DNA of 64,000 nt from an uncultured Legionellales bacterium (GCA_945957175.1 CAMFJL010000006.1:30137-94136), one strand, 5' to 3'. Shown: positions 1-14,994, counted from the stretch's first letter. Numbers and translations are program-made. The notes: generated by a model from the sequence alone, not told the origin.

Positions 1-47
1 CCTTGTGGGAGAAGGTAAGCTGCGGTTATGAATGCTAAAAATCTGTG

Positions 48-614
48 TTACTGCTGATACTCAAACAGGGTAACAACTTTGCTCACGCCAGACACTTGTC
101 TTGCGGTATTGCTGGCAATCTGTGCTTGTTTAGGCGTGGTGCTACCCATGAGATAAACAACGCTGTTTTCTGTTATCACGCGAATTTGACTAGAGTCTAA
201 ACCTTTTGCCGCAAGCAGATCAGATTTAGTCTTTGTTGTTATCCACGAGTCTTTCGATTGTGTGCCCATGGAGATAGGCTGAGCAATGCTTAGCTCGTCA
301 TAAACGCGCTTAACGCCCTTGGTGCTTCGCACAATTTTGACAGCCTGATCGTGATCGGCTTGCGTAGGTGTTTGCCCTGTTAAAAGGACAACGCCGTCAT
401 AGGTTGAGATAACAATGCGCGACTTATTCTTAAGCGCAGGCACGTTATTGATGCTTTTTTCTGCAGATAAACTGATATCGTGATCGGTTTGCTGATTTTT
501 ATGGCCACGAGTTGCATACACAGCAACACCACCGACAGTGGCGCCGGCTAAGAACGCACCCACACAACCTTGAATCATAAAAGTAGCTAAAACTAGGCAT
601 AACAGTTTACGCAT
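48..614 (-). CDS. dolP: BON-domain outer-membrane lipoprotein (DolP/YraP family)
   Basis: Lipobox (…IQGC) after a hydrophobic leader and two BON-like repeats. It is the last gene of a lpoA-yraN-diaA-dolP order as in E. coli. I chose the ATG at 614 because an AGGA sits 9 nt upstream; the ORF track extends to 632. Confidence 0.55.
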   Translation of the reverse strand: MRKLLCLVLATFMIQGCVGAFLAGATVGGVAVYATRGHKNQQTDHDISLSAEKSINNVPALKNKSRIVISTYDGVVLLTGQTPTQADHDQAVKIVRSTKGVKRVYDELSIAQPISMGTQSKDSWITTKTKSDLLAAKGLDSSQIRVITENSVVYLMGSTTPKQAQIASNTARQVSGVSKVVTLFEYQQ

Positions 615-677
615 ATGCATTTTCCTTCTCATTCGTGAGTATCAGTTTAAAAGAAATGTCCGATTGAAACAACGTGT

Positions 678-1274
<597 letters not shown>

Positions 1275-1277
1275 TTA

Positions 1278-1679
1278 TCAGTCTGATAATATATTTGTTA
1301 CCCATTGGTAAGATGGCTCGATAAGTGCGCCCTCAATCACGAGGGCATCAAAACGACAGGGATGATTAGCATACGCTTGGTGACGCTGTAAATAATGCAG
1401 TGCTGTCAGTTTCAATTTGCGTTGTTTGCTTTGAGTAATGGCGGCAAGACCACCACCCCATTGTTTGTTGCGGCGATATTTGACTTCCACAAAAACAATG
1501 GCATTATTTTCTTGCATGACTAAATCTATTTCACCAAAGCGACAACGAAAATTTTGCTGCAATGGTTTAAGCCCCTGTGCTTTAAGATAATGAAGTGCTA
1601 ACGTTTCGGCTTGTTGTCCTGACGTTAGCGAAGTATCCATCATGCGGGTACCACTAAACCATTGCTGAATGTTCCCCAT
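1278..1679 (-). CDS. yraN: YraN/UPF0102 family endonuclease-like protein
   Basis: About 130 aa with a conserved FGEIDLV…VFVEVKYR core typical of UPF0102. It lies between lpoA and diaA. The 5' end overlaps the lpoA 3' end, so the true start may be an internal Met. Confidence 0.5.
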   Translation of the reverse strand: MGNIQQWFSGTRMMDTSLTSGQQAETLALHYLKAQGLKPLQQNFRCRFGEIDLVMQENNAIVFVEVKYRRNKQWGGGLAAITQSKQRKLKLTALHYLQRHQAYANHPCRFDALVIEGALIEPSYQWVTNILSD

Positions 1680-2854
1680 GCGGGCTTGCGATGAATTTGT
1701 TGTTGATTGTCGAGATAAAGTTTACCGGTTAAGCCTTGGTAGCTAAAACCAGGCTGACTCAATGCAGATTGCATGGTGCTGAGCTGATATGCGTCATAAC
1801 CAAAAGCGTAAAGTCTGACTAAACCATTGGGATGGGTTTGTTGCCACAGCTGCATCGATGCTCTGGCGCTTGCTGTACTCGCATCGTTATTAATTAAAAC
1901 AGGCATGTCGACAAATTGAATGCCATTGAGCACTTGATTAGCACTGGCATTGGGCGTACCGCTATAAATGATGGAAGTTGCATAAATCGGAACATTACTT
2001 GCTTTAGCATGCAAAACTGGCACGATTTGGTAAGCCTGTGGCGGGTTGGCAATTAAAATAATCACATCGGTTTTGGCGTTAGTGCTTTGACTACCAATGT
2101 TATTTTTGACAAGCGTGCTTGGATCGCCTGGTAAGTGGTAAGTGACGTGCGCAAGCGTTTTGCCACCGTCGCGTTGCCATTGATTAGCAAAAGCCGTAGC
2201 TGCTGCCTGTCCCCAGGACGTATCCGGTGCAATGATAAGTGGTTGTGAGTAGCCTTGGTACCACGCCTTATCAGCAAGTGCATAAGCCTCATCTTGCGGG
2301 GCTAGCGCAAATTGATAGAAGTTAGTGGGAGGTGACATCGTTGGAACTTGATTGAGCGCTAGCGTGAACGTGTCGACACCTTGGTCAGCTAGCGCTTGCA
2401 CATCGCTTTTTTCCAAAGGTCCGACCACAGCGCTGGCACCATCATGGACCGCATCCGCATAAACGGCTGTTGCTGCTTTACCGCTAGTATTATCCAAAAC
2501 CACCGTAGGTTTGTCGCTGGCGCTATTTTGTTGATAGGCATCAGTGAAACCTGCGCGTACGGCGCTAGATACATCAGCCAATCCACCGCTGGTGGGTAAT
2601 AACACGGCAACTTGATCGCCAGAAGCAGCAGTGGCTGCCGTTGTTGTGGCAGAGGCTTTTGCGGGTATCACAGGATTGCTTGCTAAGGGTAATGCGGTAA
2701 CTTGACTGTCAATGACAGGGGTGCCGGTAACCACAGGCGCCATGGTCGTAGATTTGCTACAAGCCGCGAGTAGTACACTGACTAGCATAGTGAATGCTAA
2801 ACGGACCTGGGGCTGATAAGCGTTAGCATTGTTAAAAAAACCGCGTATTTTCAT
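1640..2854 (-). CDS. lpoA: LpoA-like (YraM family) lipoprotein, putative PBP activator
   Basis: Signal peptide with a LLAACS lipobox and a periplasmic-binding-like C-terminal domain. It is the first gene of the yraM-yraN-diaA-yraP order. It is shorter than E. coli LpoA. Confidence 0.45.
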   Translation of the reverse strand: MKIRGFFNNANAYQPQVRLAFTMLVSVLLAACSKSTTMAPVVTGTPVIDSQVTALPLASNPVIPAKASATTTAATAASGDQVAVLLPTSGGLADVSSAVRAGFTDAYQQNSASDKPTVVLDNTSGKAATAVYADAVHDGASAVVGPLEKSDVQALADQGVDTFTLALNQVPTMSPPTNFYQFALAPQDEAYALADKAWYQGYSQPLIIAPDTSWGQAAATAFANQWQRDGGKTLAHVTYHLPGDPSTLVKNNIGSQSTNAKTDVIILIANPPQAYQIVPVLHAKASNVPIYATSIIYSGTPNASANQVLNGIQFVDMPVLINNDASTASARASMQLWQQTHPNGLVRLYAFGYDAYQLSTMQSALSQPGFSYQGLTGKLYLDNQQQIHRKPAWGTFSNGLVVPA

Positions 2855-3044
2855 TACATTAACCTATCGAGAAGCCAGAATTTTCCGTATTTTATCAGGC
2901 CATGGTGATAAACACTATAGCTTGTTTATAAAGATATGCTCTTGACACAAACCAGCTGTTGTATGCGAGAATGGTCGTCTGTATATACCTAAGTTTTTTC
3001 TAGGCAGGTATGTTGAAGCAGTTTGAGTAGGTGGGGTAGAAGGT

Positions 3045-3935
3045 ATGAGTTGGTTACGTAAGTTATTACCACAAAGTATGCGCACCAGTGGTGAGCGCAA
3101 GAAAGCGGTGCCAGAAGGTGTATGGATTAAGTGCCCCGAGTGCGCTGAAGCTTTGTATTCTCCCGTGCTGGAGCGTAATCTACAAGTTTGTCCACAATGT
3201 AATCATCACTTTCGTATTAATGCTAGACAGCGATTACTCGCTTTGTTTGACGATGATAAACTGACAGAAATCGCCGCAGATATTGCGCCTGTTGATTACT
3301 TAAAATTTAAAGATACCAAAAAATACAAAGACCGATTAGTACACATGCAAAAAGCCACCGGTGAGAAAGATGCACTTGTGGTTATGCAAGGTCAAATTCA
3401 AGGTATAAAGGCGATCGCAGCAGCGTTTGAATACGCTTTTATTGGCGGCTCCATGGGTGCTGTCGTTGGTGAAAAGTTTGTGCAAGGCGTGGAAGCTGCA
3501 ATCAAACATAAACAGCCATTTGTATGTATTTCTGCAAGCGGCGGCGCGCGTATGCAAGAAGCCTTATTATCGTTATTACAAATGGCGAAGACTAGTGCAG
3601 CGTTGCGTAAGTTGTCAGATGCCGGATTACCTTATATTTCTGTGTTAACCGATCCGACCATGGGTGGGGTATCTGCAAGTCTTGCTATGTTAGGCGATGT
3701 GATTATTGCTGAGCCTAAAGCCTTGATTGGCTTTGCAGGACCACGTGTGATTGAACAAACCGTGCGTGAAATACTACCTGAAGGTTTTCAAAGCAGTGAA
3801 TTCCTACTAACACATGGCGCGATCGATATGATAGTCGATAGGCGCGAGCTTAGTGCAACGATTGGACGTATATTGGCGAAGTTATTAAATATGGCGCCGC
3901 ATGTTGCGTTACCGACAGATTATGCAACAACATAA
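3045..3935 (+). CDS. accD: acetyl-CoA carboxylase carboxyltransferase beta subunit
   Basis: N-terminal Cys4 zinc ribbon (CPEC…CPQC) followed by a carboxyltransferase domain; 296 aa. Confidence 0.85.
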   Translation: MSWLRKLLPQSMRTSGERKKAVPEGVWIKCPECAEALYSPVLERNLQVCPQCNHHFRINARQRLLALFDDDKLTEIAADIAPVDYLKFKDTKKYKDRLVHMQKATGEKDALVVMQGQIQGIKAIAAAFEYAFIGGSMGAVVGEKFVQGVEAAIKHKQPFVCISASGGARMQEALLSLLQMAKTSAALRKLSDAGLPYISVLTDPTMGGVSASLAMLGDVIIAEPKALIGFAGPRVIEQTVREILPEGFQSSEFLLTHGAIDMIVDRRELSATIGRILAKLLNMAPHVALPTDYATT

Positions 3936-4132
3936 CGGACATACATGTCGTCTTTTAATCTGCAACTTTAAACACTTTTTCTTCTTGTGGGAGAGGGGGC
4001 TGCGAAGTGGCGGATGAGGGGTAATATAATCATCGCATAGCGATGGCAAGACGAATACTTTCATTGACGATGAACGTATACGCTTTCTCTTTTAATAACA
4101 CTGGCAATGATTGCTGTGGAGGAAAAGATATC

Positions 4133-4660
4133 ATGGATTCTCAACCGGTAGTGACGCAAGTGACCCACCTTAATTGGGTTGACTATAGTATCCTTGTTTT
4201 TATTGCGTTGTCAGTTTTTATCAGTTTGATTCGCGGATTTACGCGTGAAGTGATATCACTTATCACGTGGATTGCTGCTTTTTTACTGGCATTTAATTTT
4301 GCAAATGCAGTGGCCACTTATTTTGATGGTCGAGTTAACTCAGCAACGGTTCGTTTTGCCTTAGGATTTGGTATCATTTTTCTTATTACGCTGATACTTG
4401 GTGCCATTGTTAATTATTTGATTGCAACCTTAGTCGACAAAACAGGCCTATCGGGCACCGATAGAGTATTAGGCATTGGCTTGGGTGCAGCTAGGGGCGT
4501 GCTCATTGTTTCTATGCTTATTGTGGTTGCCGGATTTACCAGTATTCCCAAAGAGCCTGCCTGGAGCGATTCTATGCTGTTGCCGCATTTTCAGTTATGT
4601 GCCAACTGGCTCAAGCAGTTTGTGCCAACGGCGCTTAACTATGTCCAAGGTGATGGTTAG
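4133..4660 (+). CDS. cvpA: colicin V production membrane protein CvpA
   Basis: Multi-TM protein of about 175 aa. GGAGG sits 7 nt upstream of the ATG at 4133; the ORF-track start at 4043 has no RBS. accD-cvpA neighbourhood as in enterics. Confidence 0.65.
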   Translation: MDSQPVVTQVTHLNWVDYSILVFIALSVFISLIRGFTREVISLITWIAAFLLAFNFANAVATYFDGRVNSATVRFALGFGIIFLITLILGAIVNYLIATLVDKTGLSGTDRVLGIGLGAARGVLIVSMLIVVAGFTSIPKEPAWSDSMLLPHFQLCANWLKQFVPTALNYVQGDG

Positions 4661-4664
4661 CTAG

Positions 4665-6311
<1,647 letters not shown>

Positions 6312-6575
6312 ACCGGCGTCAGTATCATTATTTCGTAGTTGCTGATGGCACGGATCTAAACAGCTTGTGATACATGCTTTGATTGTTGTGAGACAGCATA
6401 CTGGATTCAAGCTTACATGGCGGTATTTACAGCATGCCCGAACCTGTAAGCTGGCCCTATAGCCGAATAAAACTTAACTAACGATTTGTCGCATTCGCTT
6501 TTGGACGTGGTTGTTCTGGCACGAACGTCTTGATTTGTCGACGTAGCAATAAAATAAATGATAATGGAGGCTGCA

Positions 6576-6929
6576 ATGCCGTTTTATGAATATGTTTGTC
6601 CTTTGTGCGGACATGCCTTTGAGCAATTACAAAAGTTTTCCGATGCACCTTTGACGACTTGTCCGGCATGCAAGGAAGCAAGCTTGCAAAAGAAAATATC
6701 AGCACCGGCCTTTCACTTAAAAGGTCAAGGCTGGTATGTGACGGATTTTAAGGACAGTGGCAAAAAGCCAGCTGCGCAAGAGAAAACACCAGAAGGCGGT
6801 GCCCCAAGCAGTGCAAGTGCCCCAGCACAAACCTCTGAGGCAGTATCAGAAAAGCCAAAGACGTCTGGTGAAAAAGAAGCAGCCGTATCTGCTAAAATAA
6901 CCACGCCACCTGAAACGAAATCATCATAG
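6576..6929 (+). CDS. FmdB-family zinc-ribbon protein with Ala/Pro/Ser/Glu-rich tail
   Basis: MPFYEYVCPLCGHAFE…CPAC CxxC-N-CxxC ribbon; GGAGG sits 6 nt upstream of the ATG at 6576. Confidence 0.55.
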   Translation: MPFYEYVCPLCGHAFEQLQKFSDAPLTTCPACKEASLQKKISAPAFHLKGQGWYVTDFKDSGKKPAAQEKTPEGGAPSSASAPAQTSEAVSEKPKTSGEKEAAVSAKITTPPETKSS

Positions 6930-6937
6930 GGGTTTTT

Positions 6938-7573
6938 ATGTCAACGCATTTTCGTCGTTACTTACTTGCAGGACTTTTAGTTTGGATCCCTATTATGGTG
7001 ACCCTACTCGTTGTTCGTTTCGTGATTCAGCTTTTGGATAGCAGTTTATCGCTCTTACCTGTGCGATATCAGCCAGAAAATTTATTAGGTTGGCATTTTC
7101 CTGGATTAGGCGTTATCGTTTCTTTGCTTGTATTATTAATCACGGGATTGATTGCTTCCAACGTGATAGGTCATCGTCTAGTGACATTAGGTGAATCGAT
7201 AGTTCATCGTATTCCACTTATTCGTGCTATTTATACAAGTGTGAAGCAAGTGATGAATACCTTATTTACCCCAGGAGGACAGGCGTTTCGCAAAGTCATG
7301 TTGGTTGAATATCCGCGGGCTGGTATTTGGAGTATTGCCTTTCAAACGGGTGCGGTACCTGATGCGATGACAAAAGCGATTGGCGAAGAGTCGCTTACCT
7401 TGTTTGTGCCCACAACGCCTAATCCAACTTCTGGTTTTTTATTAGTAGTGCCGCGCAATCAGGTGACTGAGCTGGATTTGAGCATCGATGATGCCTTAAA
7501 AATGGTGATATCCTTAGGCGTGGTGCAGCCACCCAATACGCCAGATGCGACGACTATCATCAAAGCGCCATAA
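6938..7573 (+). CDS. DUF502-family membrane protein
   Basis: Two N-terminal TM helices and a conserved FVPTTPNPTSGF block typical of DUF502. Confidence 0.55.
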   Translation: MSTHFRRYLLAGLLVWIPIMVTLLVVRFVIQLLDSSLSLLPVRYQPENLLGWHFPGLGVIVSLLVLLITGLIASNVIGHRLVTLGESIVHRIPLIRAIYTSVKQVMNTLFTPGGQAFRKVMLVEYPRAGIWSIAFQTGAVPDAMTKAIGEESLTLFVPTTPNPTSGFLLVVPRNQVTELDLSIDDALKMVISLGVVQPPNTPDATTIIKAP

Positions 7574-7584
7574 TGGCAGCTTCT

Positions 7585-7627
7585 TTGCATATTGTGAGAC
7601 ATTGAACTACAATCTACAATCTACAAT
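7585..7627 (+). promoter_or_regulatory. near-consensus sigma70 promoter (TTGCAT-17-TACAAT) whose -10 is the first unit of a 3x7-bp CTACAAT tandem repeat
   Basis: TTGCAT at 7585-7590, a 17-nt spacer and TACAAT at 7608-7613. CTACAAT is repeated at 7607, 7614 and 7621. The site lies 20-60 nt upstream of the mlaF ATG. Confidence 0.45.
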
Positions 7628-7647
7628 CTTTAGACCATGATAGATAA

Positions 7648-8487
7648 ATGGATGTACCCACCGTGCAAGTACCCGTCGACGCTACTCAAGATTATGTTGT
7701 CGCCAACGATTTGACCTTCAAACGTGGTGATCGTTATATTTTTAATCATGTCAATTTAACAATTCCTCGCGGTAAAATTACCGCTATTATGGGCCCCAGT
7801 GGTACTGGCAAAACAACACTCCTTCAGTTAATTGGGGGTGCGCTAAAACCACAAGGTGGCAGTTTACATGTGAATGGTGAGCAGATTACGCATTTTTCGC
7901 GTCGTGAACTTTATCGGTTTAGACGCCAGATGGGTATGTTGTTTCAAGGTAGCGCCTTATTCACACATATTAATGTGTTTGACAATGTAGCATTTCCGCT
8001 TCGCGAGCATACAAAATTACCCCCAGCTATTTTACGTGAAGTTGTGTTACTTAAATTAGAGGCAGTAGGCCTTCGAGGCGCTGCATCCTTAATGCCAAGT
8101 GAACTATCGGGTGGTATGACGCGTCGCGTTGCGCTGGCGCGCGCGATTGCGCTTGATCCTTGGTTAATGCTTTACGATGAGCCATTTACGGGTCAAGATC
8201 CCATTGCCATGGGTGTTTTAGTCAGACTGATTCGTAAATTGAATGATGCCTTGGGTATGACTAGCGTCATTGTTTCACACGATGTGCCAGAAACAGCAGA
8301 AATTGCAGACTATATTTATGTGATTGCAGATGGCCAGATCATAGGTCAAGGTAAACCCGCTGATGTGATGGAGAATCAAGAACCTAAGCTTAAGCAATTT
8401 ATTCATGGTTTAGCTGATGGGGCAGTGCCTTTTCATTATCCTGCGCGAGCTATCGATGTGGATTTATTAGGAGAGGTACCATGTTAA
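7648..8487 (+). CDS. mlaF: phospholipid ABC transporter ATP-binding protein MlaF
   Basis: Walker [13 protein letters not shown] signature LSGGM, Walker B; first gene of the mlaFEDCB order. Confidence 0.8.
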   Translation: MDVPTVQVPVDATQDYVVANDLTFKRGDRYIFNHVNLTIPRGKITAIMGPSGTGKTTLLQLIGGALKPQGGSLHVNGEQITHFSRRELYRFRRQMGMLFQGSALFTHINVFDNVAFPLREHTKLPPAILREVVLLKLEAVGLRGAASLMPSELSGGMTRRVALARAIALDPWLMLYDEPFTGQDPIAMGVLVRLIRKLNDALGMTSVIVSHDVPETAEIADYIYVIADGQIIGQGKPADVMENQEPKLKQFIHGLADGAVPFHYPARAIDVDLLGEVPC

Positions 8488-9263
8488 CGCAAGTGCAACG
8501 TTTAGGCCGAGGTGGTATCCGCAAATTGTTGATAGTTGGTGATGCAGGTATTGTTCTTGTTCAGACGCTCTTTCGTTTTCCTAAACTTGCCAAAAGCTTT
8601 CCTTTACTGCTCAAGCAATTATATGCCATCGGGGTTTTTTCTCTACCTATCATCATTGTCTCTGGATTATTTATCGGCATGGTTGTTGCTTTGCAAGGCT
8701 ATAATGTTTTAGTAAAATTCAGTGCGTCTGCAGAGTTAGGCCAATTAGTAGCGTTATCCGTTGTGCGAGAGCTTGGGCCTGTTGTTACCGCCTTGTTGTT
8801 TGCCGGCCGTGCGTGTTCTGCGATGACTGCGGAAATCAGTTTGATGAAAACCACAGAGCAATTGGCAAGCATGGAAATGATGGGCGTTGATCCCCTTTGG
8901 TATGTGATAAGTCCAAGATTTTGGGCGGGCTTTATCAGTCTACCTTTGTTAACCCTTATTTTTTCAACAGTTGCTATTTTTGGTGGTTATGCCATGGGGG
9001 TGCACTGGTTGGGGGTCGATAATGGCGGCTTTTGGAATAATATGCAAGGTGCTGTCGATTTTCGTCTCGATATTGTTAATGGGATTATTAAAAGTCTCGT
9101 TTTTGCTTTTATTGTGACTTGGATAGCCGTTTATCAAGGTATTCGCAGCGTTCCTACCGCGGAAGGTATAGGATTGGCAACGACGCGTACGGTGGTATGG
9201 GCGTCCCTTGCGGTATTGGGTTTTGATTTTGTATTGACAGCACTCATGATGGGAGGGTGGTAA
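8481..9263 (+). CDS. mlaE: phospholipid ABC transporter permease MlaE
   Basis: 260-aa multi-TM permease that overlaps mlaF by 7 nt. Confidence 0.8.
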   Translation: MLTQVQRLGRGGIRKLLIVGDAGIVLVQTLFRFPKLAKSFPLLLKQLYAIGVFSLPIIIVSGLFIGMVVALQGYNVLVKFSASAELGQLVALSVVRELGPVVTALLFAGRACSAMTAEISLMKTTEQLASMEMMGVDPLWYVISPRFWAGFISLPLLTLIFSTVAIFGGYAMGVHWLGVDNGGFWNNMQGAVDFRLDIVNGIIKSLVFAFIVTWIAVYQGIRSVPTAEGIGLATTRTVVWASLAVLGFDFVLTALMMGGW

Positions 9264-9787
9264 GTGTGATTAAATTAGCGGAAACCTTAGTAGGCTTGTT
9301 TGTTTTAGCAGCGGTGGCGTGTTTATTTTTTCTTGCATTTAAAGTAAGTGGTCTTAGTAGCTATCACCAAAGTAATAGTTATGAACTGACAGCTGCGTTT
9401 GACAATATTGGTGATTTAAAGCCTCGTGCCGCTGTGTCAATGGCAGGTGTCAAAATTGGCCAAGTTACAGCGATACGCCTAGATACGAAAACGTATCAAG
9501 CTGTGGTGACTTTACGTATTGCTAAAAATGAGTCTATTCCAGAAGATAGTTCAGCCAGTATTGTGACTGCAGGACTGTTAGGTGCTAATTATATTTCACT
9601 AACACCAGGATTTTCAGATCAGTACTTTAGCAATGGTGGTACAATTACGGATACGCATCCTGCTATTTTATTGGAAGATATGATAGGGCAGCTATTATTT
9701 AGCATGAAGAAAGATGACAGCAAGACAGATGATGGTAGCGATGCCAGCACAAATACGGCCGTGACCAGCACAGCAGTGAGTTCATAA
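9257..9787 (+). CDS. mlaD: MCE-domain periplasmic component MlaD
   Basis: N-terminal TM anchor plus an MCE domain; overlaps mlaE by 7 nt. Confidence 0.75.
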   Translation: MVSVIKLAETLVGLFVLAAVACLFFLAFKVSGLSSYHQSNSYELTAAFDNIGDLKPRAAVSMAGVKIGQVTAIRLDTKTYQAVVTLRIAKNESIPEDSSASIVTAGLLGANYISLTPGFSDQYFSNGGTITDTHPAILLEDMIGQLLFSMKKDDSKTDDGSDASTNTAVTSTAVSS

Positions 9788-9802
9788 ATTTAATACAAGG
9801 AG

Positions 9803-10426
9803 ATGGATATGCGTCGATTACAAAAATTAGGTTTATGGATGGCGATGTGCCTGTGTTTTAGTATGACTGCCATGGCTGCAGGTGATCCAGTTGCGATGTT
9901 ACAACAGACATCAAATCAAATGATTTCAGCGCTTAAGCAAAATAAAGCGACGATTAAAACCAATCCTAAGTTGGTTGAAAGCTTAGCAAGGCAAATTATT
10001 TTACCGCATGTTGATACCAGTGCAATGTCACAATTAGCGCTTGGACGAACCGCGTGGCAGAATGCAACAAGTAGTCAACGTCAGGCATTTGTCAGCCAAT
10101 TCACGACAATGATGATTCGTACGTATTCATCGGCATTGGCAGCTTATAGCAATCAAAGTGTAACATTTTTACCGGTTCGTGGTGGTACGGATAATTTAAC
10201 TCGGGTTCAAGTGAACAGCCAGATTATCCAGCCAGGTGGTCCAGCCATTCCCGTGAGTTATCGTTTGCTTAATCGTAGTGGTAGCTGGAAAGTCTATGAC
10301 ATGAGTGTGGATGGGATAAGTTTAGTTCAAAGCTTTCGGGCGCAGTTTGCAAATCAAATTAACCAAAGCGGTATGGATGGATTGCTTTCTGTGATGGCTA
10401 AACATAATAACCAGCCACTAAGCTAA
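9803..10426 (+). CDS. mlaC: periplasmic phospholipid-binding protein MlaC (Ttg2D family)
   Basis: Signal peptide, about 200 aa, and its position in the mla operon. Confidence 0.7.
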   Translation: MDMRRLQKLGLWMAMCLCFSMTAMAAGDPVAMLQQTSNQMISALKQNKATIKTNPKLVESLARQIILPHVDTSAMSQLALGRTAWQNATSSQRQAFVSQFTTMMIRTYSSALAAYSNQSVTFLPVRGGTDNLTRVQVNSQIIQPGGPAIPVSYRLLNRSGSWKVYDMSVDGISLVQSFRAQFANQINQSGMDGLLSVMAKHNNQPLS

Positions 10427-10449
10427 ATCGTCAGATTATTAGGGGGGCA

Positions 10450-10776
10450 GTGATGGTGATGCAATCAAAATCGGCTACGCAAGGTGCATGGATGGTGTTA
10501 GGTGATAAACCCATGCAAATTGACTTGTGTGGAGAGTTTAATTTTGATACTGTACCTGCCTTGTACACTGAACTCTTGCCTAAAATACAACGCGGGCTTA
10601 TGACGACAGTGAACCTTGATAAGGTGACCGCAAGTAATAGTGCGGGTCTTGGGTTATTGCTTAGCCTTTTAAGTGCTGCAAGAGCTAAAGGTCATACTTT
10701 ATCCCTGATGAATTTACCACCAGCCATACTGGCGATAGCTAAAGTGACTGGCGTTTCCCATTTATTGACAGCCTAG
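10450..10776 (+). CDS. mlaB: STAS-domain protein MlaB
   Basis: About 100-aa STAS/anti-sigma-antagonist-like protein after mlaC. Confidence 0.6.
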   Translation: MMVMQSKSATQGAWMVLGDKPMQIDLCGEFNFDTVPALYTELLPKIQRGLMTTVNLDKVTASNSAGLGLLLSLLSAARAKGHTLSLMNLPPAILAIAKVTGVSHLLTA

Positions 10777-10792
10777 TGAGAGAACAATAATA

Positions 10793-12309
<1,517 letters not shown>

Positions 12310-12332
12310 GATCCGTAACGAAGGATAATCGC

Positions 12333-13094
12333 TTGAAATCAGTAAAAGCAAAGACATTACTAGATTACCTTAACGATGTGTTAGTGTCTGAACAGTTTCA
12401 AGATTATGCACCTAATGGATTGCAAGTAGAAGGTATTGGCGATATTAAGCATATCGTCACAGGGGTGAGTGCGTGCCAAGCGCTTATTGATGCAGCAATT
12501 GCTGTCGATGCAGACGCGATATTGGTACATCACGGTTATTTCTGGAAGGGAGAAACGCCTTGCCTGTTGGGTATCAAGCGTCAGCGACTGGCCTGTCTAC
12601 TTAATCAAGATATCCATTTATTTGCTTATCATTTACCACTCGATGCTCATCCCACTTTGGGTAATAATACCAGGCTAGCTGCTCATTTAGGCTGGGAACC
12701 TGCCGCTCGTGAACCAAGCGATAGACATGATTTGATTTGGTATGGACACACACCCGAGGCATTGACGCCCTTGGCATTTGCCGAACAGCTTAACTTAAAA
12801 CTTGCTCGCCCACCATTGCACATTGCCGGCCAAAGTTCACATATCCATAAGATTGCTTGGTGTACAGGTGCTGCGCAAGATTATTTTGAAAAAGCGTTAG
12901 CCGCAGGTATTGATGCTTTCATTACTGGCGAAGTATCGGAGCGTACTTGGCATATCGCTAAAGAATATGGCGTGCATTTTTATGCTGCAGGTCATCATGC
13001 GACTGAACGTTATGGCATTCAAGCTCTTGGTCAACACATCGCAGATACGTTTGGTATCAAGCACAGCTTTATCGATATTCCCAATCCCATCTAA
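12333..13094 (+). CDS. Nif3-family metal-binding protein (YbgI/GTP cyclohydrolase 1 type 2 homolog)
   Basis: YAPNGLQVEG…VHHGYFWKGE…LPLDAHP aligns residue-for-residue with the E. coli YbgI N-terminus. The alignment implies a TTG start at 12333. Confidence 0.6.
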   Translation: MKSVKAKTLLDYLNDVLVSEQFQDYAPNGLQVEGIGDIKHIVTGVSACQALIDAAIAVDADAILVHHGYFWKGETPCLLGIKRQRLACLLNQDIHLFAYHLPLDAHPTLGNNTRLAAHLGWEPAAREPSDRHDLIWYGHTPEALTPLAFAEQLNLKLARPPLHIAGQSSHIHKIAWCTGAAQDYFEKALAAGIDAFITGEVSERTWHIAKEYGVHFYAAGHHATERYGIQALGQHIADTFGIKHSFIDIPNPI

Positions 13095-13153
13095 GTTGTG
13101 AATTTCATATGGGGATTTGTTATAATCCGTTCACGATAACGAAAGCGAGTTAA

Positions 13154-14548
13154 GTGATGAATCAAGTACGTATTGAAAACGATAGCATGGGTGATATTGA
13201 AGTGCCTGCCAATGTGTATTGGGGTGCACAAACCGCAAGATCCTTACACCATTTTCCCATTGGGCACGATACGATGCCACCAGCGGTGATTCGTGCATTT
13301 GGTCAGCTTAAAAAAGCAGCTGCAATGGCTAACCGTGATTTGGGTAAGTTACCTCCCGAAGTTGCCGATGCGATTATCAAAGCAGCAGATGAAGTCATTG
13401 ATGGCAAATTATCAGGTCAATTCCCTTTAAAAATTTGGCAAACGGGTAGCGGTACACAAACAAACATGAATGTGAATGAAGTTATTGCTAACCGGGCTAT
13501 CGAATTAACTGGTGGCGTGCTAGGTAGCAAAAAACCAGTGCATCCCAACGATCATGTCAATATGTCACAATCCTCCAATGATACTTTTCCAACAGCCATG
13601 TACATGGCAGCAGCTGATGGTATTGTGCATAGTTTAGTGCCAGCGTTGACTCACTTAAAGCAGGCTTTAGCAGACAAAGCACAAGCATTCGATGCGATGG
13701 TTAAAATTGGTCGCACGCATTTACAAGATGCGGTGCCTATGACTTTAGGGCAAGAGTTTTCAGGTTATGTACAACAGTTAAGCTATGGGCTTAGCTATTT
13801 GCAGACGACCTTACCATCGCTATATCAATTAGCTATTGGCGGCACAGCTGTCGGTACGGGTTTGAATACGCATCCTGAATTTGCAGAACGTACGGCTAAG
13901 TATATCGCGACATTAACCGGATTACCCTTTGTCGATGCCGATAATAAGTTTGCTGCACTTGCTGGGCATGAAGCCTTGGTGTTTGCAAGTGGTGCGGTGC
14001 GTACGATTGCCACGAGTCTTATGAAAATAGCCAATGATATTCGTTGGTTAGGCTCAGGTCCTCGTTGTGGTTTAAATGAATTGGTATTACCCGCAAATGA
14101 ACCGGGTTCATCTATCATGCCTGGCAAAGTCAATCCAACGCAGTGCGAAGCGATGACGATGGTCTGTGTGCAAGTCATGGGTAATGATAGTGCGATTGCT
14201 ATCGCTGGCTCACAAGGTAATTTTGAATTAAATGTATATAAGCCAGTGATGATTCATAATTTCATGCACAGTGTTGATATACTATCAGGTGCGTGTGCGG
14301 CATTTACCGAGTTTTGTGTTGAAGGACTTGAAGCCAATGTGGCTCAGCTTAAACATTATGTTGATAATTCATTGATGTTGGTGACCGCATTAAACCCTGT
14401 GATAGGCTATGATAAAGCAGCACAGATTGCGAAAAAGGCGTATCATGATCAAAGTTCTTTGAAAGAAGCTTGTGTGGCGCTTGGTTTTCTCTCGGCCGCT
14501 GATTTTGACAAACATGTCAGGGCAGAGACCATGGTGCACCCTGGCTAA
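13154..14548 (+). CDS. fumC: class II fumarate hydratase
   Basis: 464 aa with [20 protein letters not shown], the fumarase (not aspartase) signature variant. Confidence 0.8.
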   Translation: MMNQVRIENDSMGDIEVPANVYWGAQTARSLHHFPIGHDTMPPAVIRAFGQLKKAAAMANRDLGKLPPEVADAIIKAADEVIDGKLSGQFPLKIWQTGSGTQTNMNVNEVIANRAIELTGGVLGSKKPVHPNDHVNMSQSSNDTFPTAMYMAAADGIVHSLVPALTHLKQALADKAQAFDAMVKIGRTHLQDAVPMTLGQEFSGYVQQLSYGLSYLQTTLPSLYQLAIGGTAVGTGLNTHPEFAERTAKYIATLTGLPFVDADNKFAALAGHEALVFASGAVRTIATSLMKIANDIRWLGSGPRCGLNELVLPANEPGSSIMPGKVNPTQCEAMTMVCVQVMGNDSAIAIAGSQGNFELNVYKPVMIHNFMHSVDILSGACAAFTEFCVEGLEANVAQLKHYVDNSLMLVTALNPVIGYDKAAQIAKKAYHDQSSLKEACVALGFLSAADFDKHVRAETMVHPG

Positions 14549-14568
14549 TCACGCATAAGGATATCACG

Positions 14569-14994
14569 ATGTCAAATAGCATTATAAAAACCGTGATGGG
14601 TTTTCACATGGATGTCTTTGGACATGTCAATAATGCGTGCTACCTTGAGTTTTATGAGGAAGCGCGATGGTTATTGTATGAAAAGCCGATATCTCTTTTA
14701 ATTTCATCAGGGATTGCACTGAATGTGGTGAATGTGAATATCAATTATCGCGCACCTTTAAGTCTTTTTGATCAAATTAAAATTAGTGCGGATGTCACGC
14801 ATGTGGGTAATCGTAGTGCAGTTATGCATCAAACTATTACGTCGATTGCAGGTGACAGGCCCTATAGTGATGCAGATTTTACGATTGTATTTGTTGATGA
14901 GCATACGAAAACATCCATTGTGATTAACGAAAATCCGCATTGTTTAACATTTATTGAAAGCATGAAAATGCTAAGAGGCAAGGATAATTCATGA
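14569..14994 (+). CDS. 4HBT-fold acyl-CoA thioesterase (YbgC-like)
   Basis: 141 aa with an N-terminal …VFGHVNNA…YLEF hot-dog motif. Confidence 0.5.
   Translation: MSNSIIKTVMGFHMDVFGHVNNACYLEFYEEARWLLYEKPISLLISSGIALNVVNVNINYRAPLSLFDQIKISADVTHVGNRSAVMHQTITSIAGDRPYSDADFTIVFVDEHTKTSIVINENPHCLTFIESMKMLRGKDNS

Noticed and set aside
4043-4132. N-terminal 30-aa extension of cvpA (and similar over-extended starts for guaB, aroC, pgsA, pyrH, frr, skp, cdsA and murA)
   Set aside because: They have no RBS, while the internal ATGs have good SDs and match the lengths and N-termini of characterised orthologs.
6440-6490. Imperfect inverted repeat GCTTACATGG…CCTGTAAGC downstream of guaB as a terminator
   Set aside because: The stem is interrupted, no U-tract follows and the loop is long. 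It may be nothing more than weak secondary structure.
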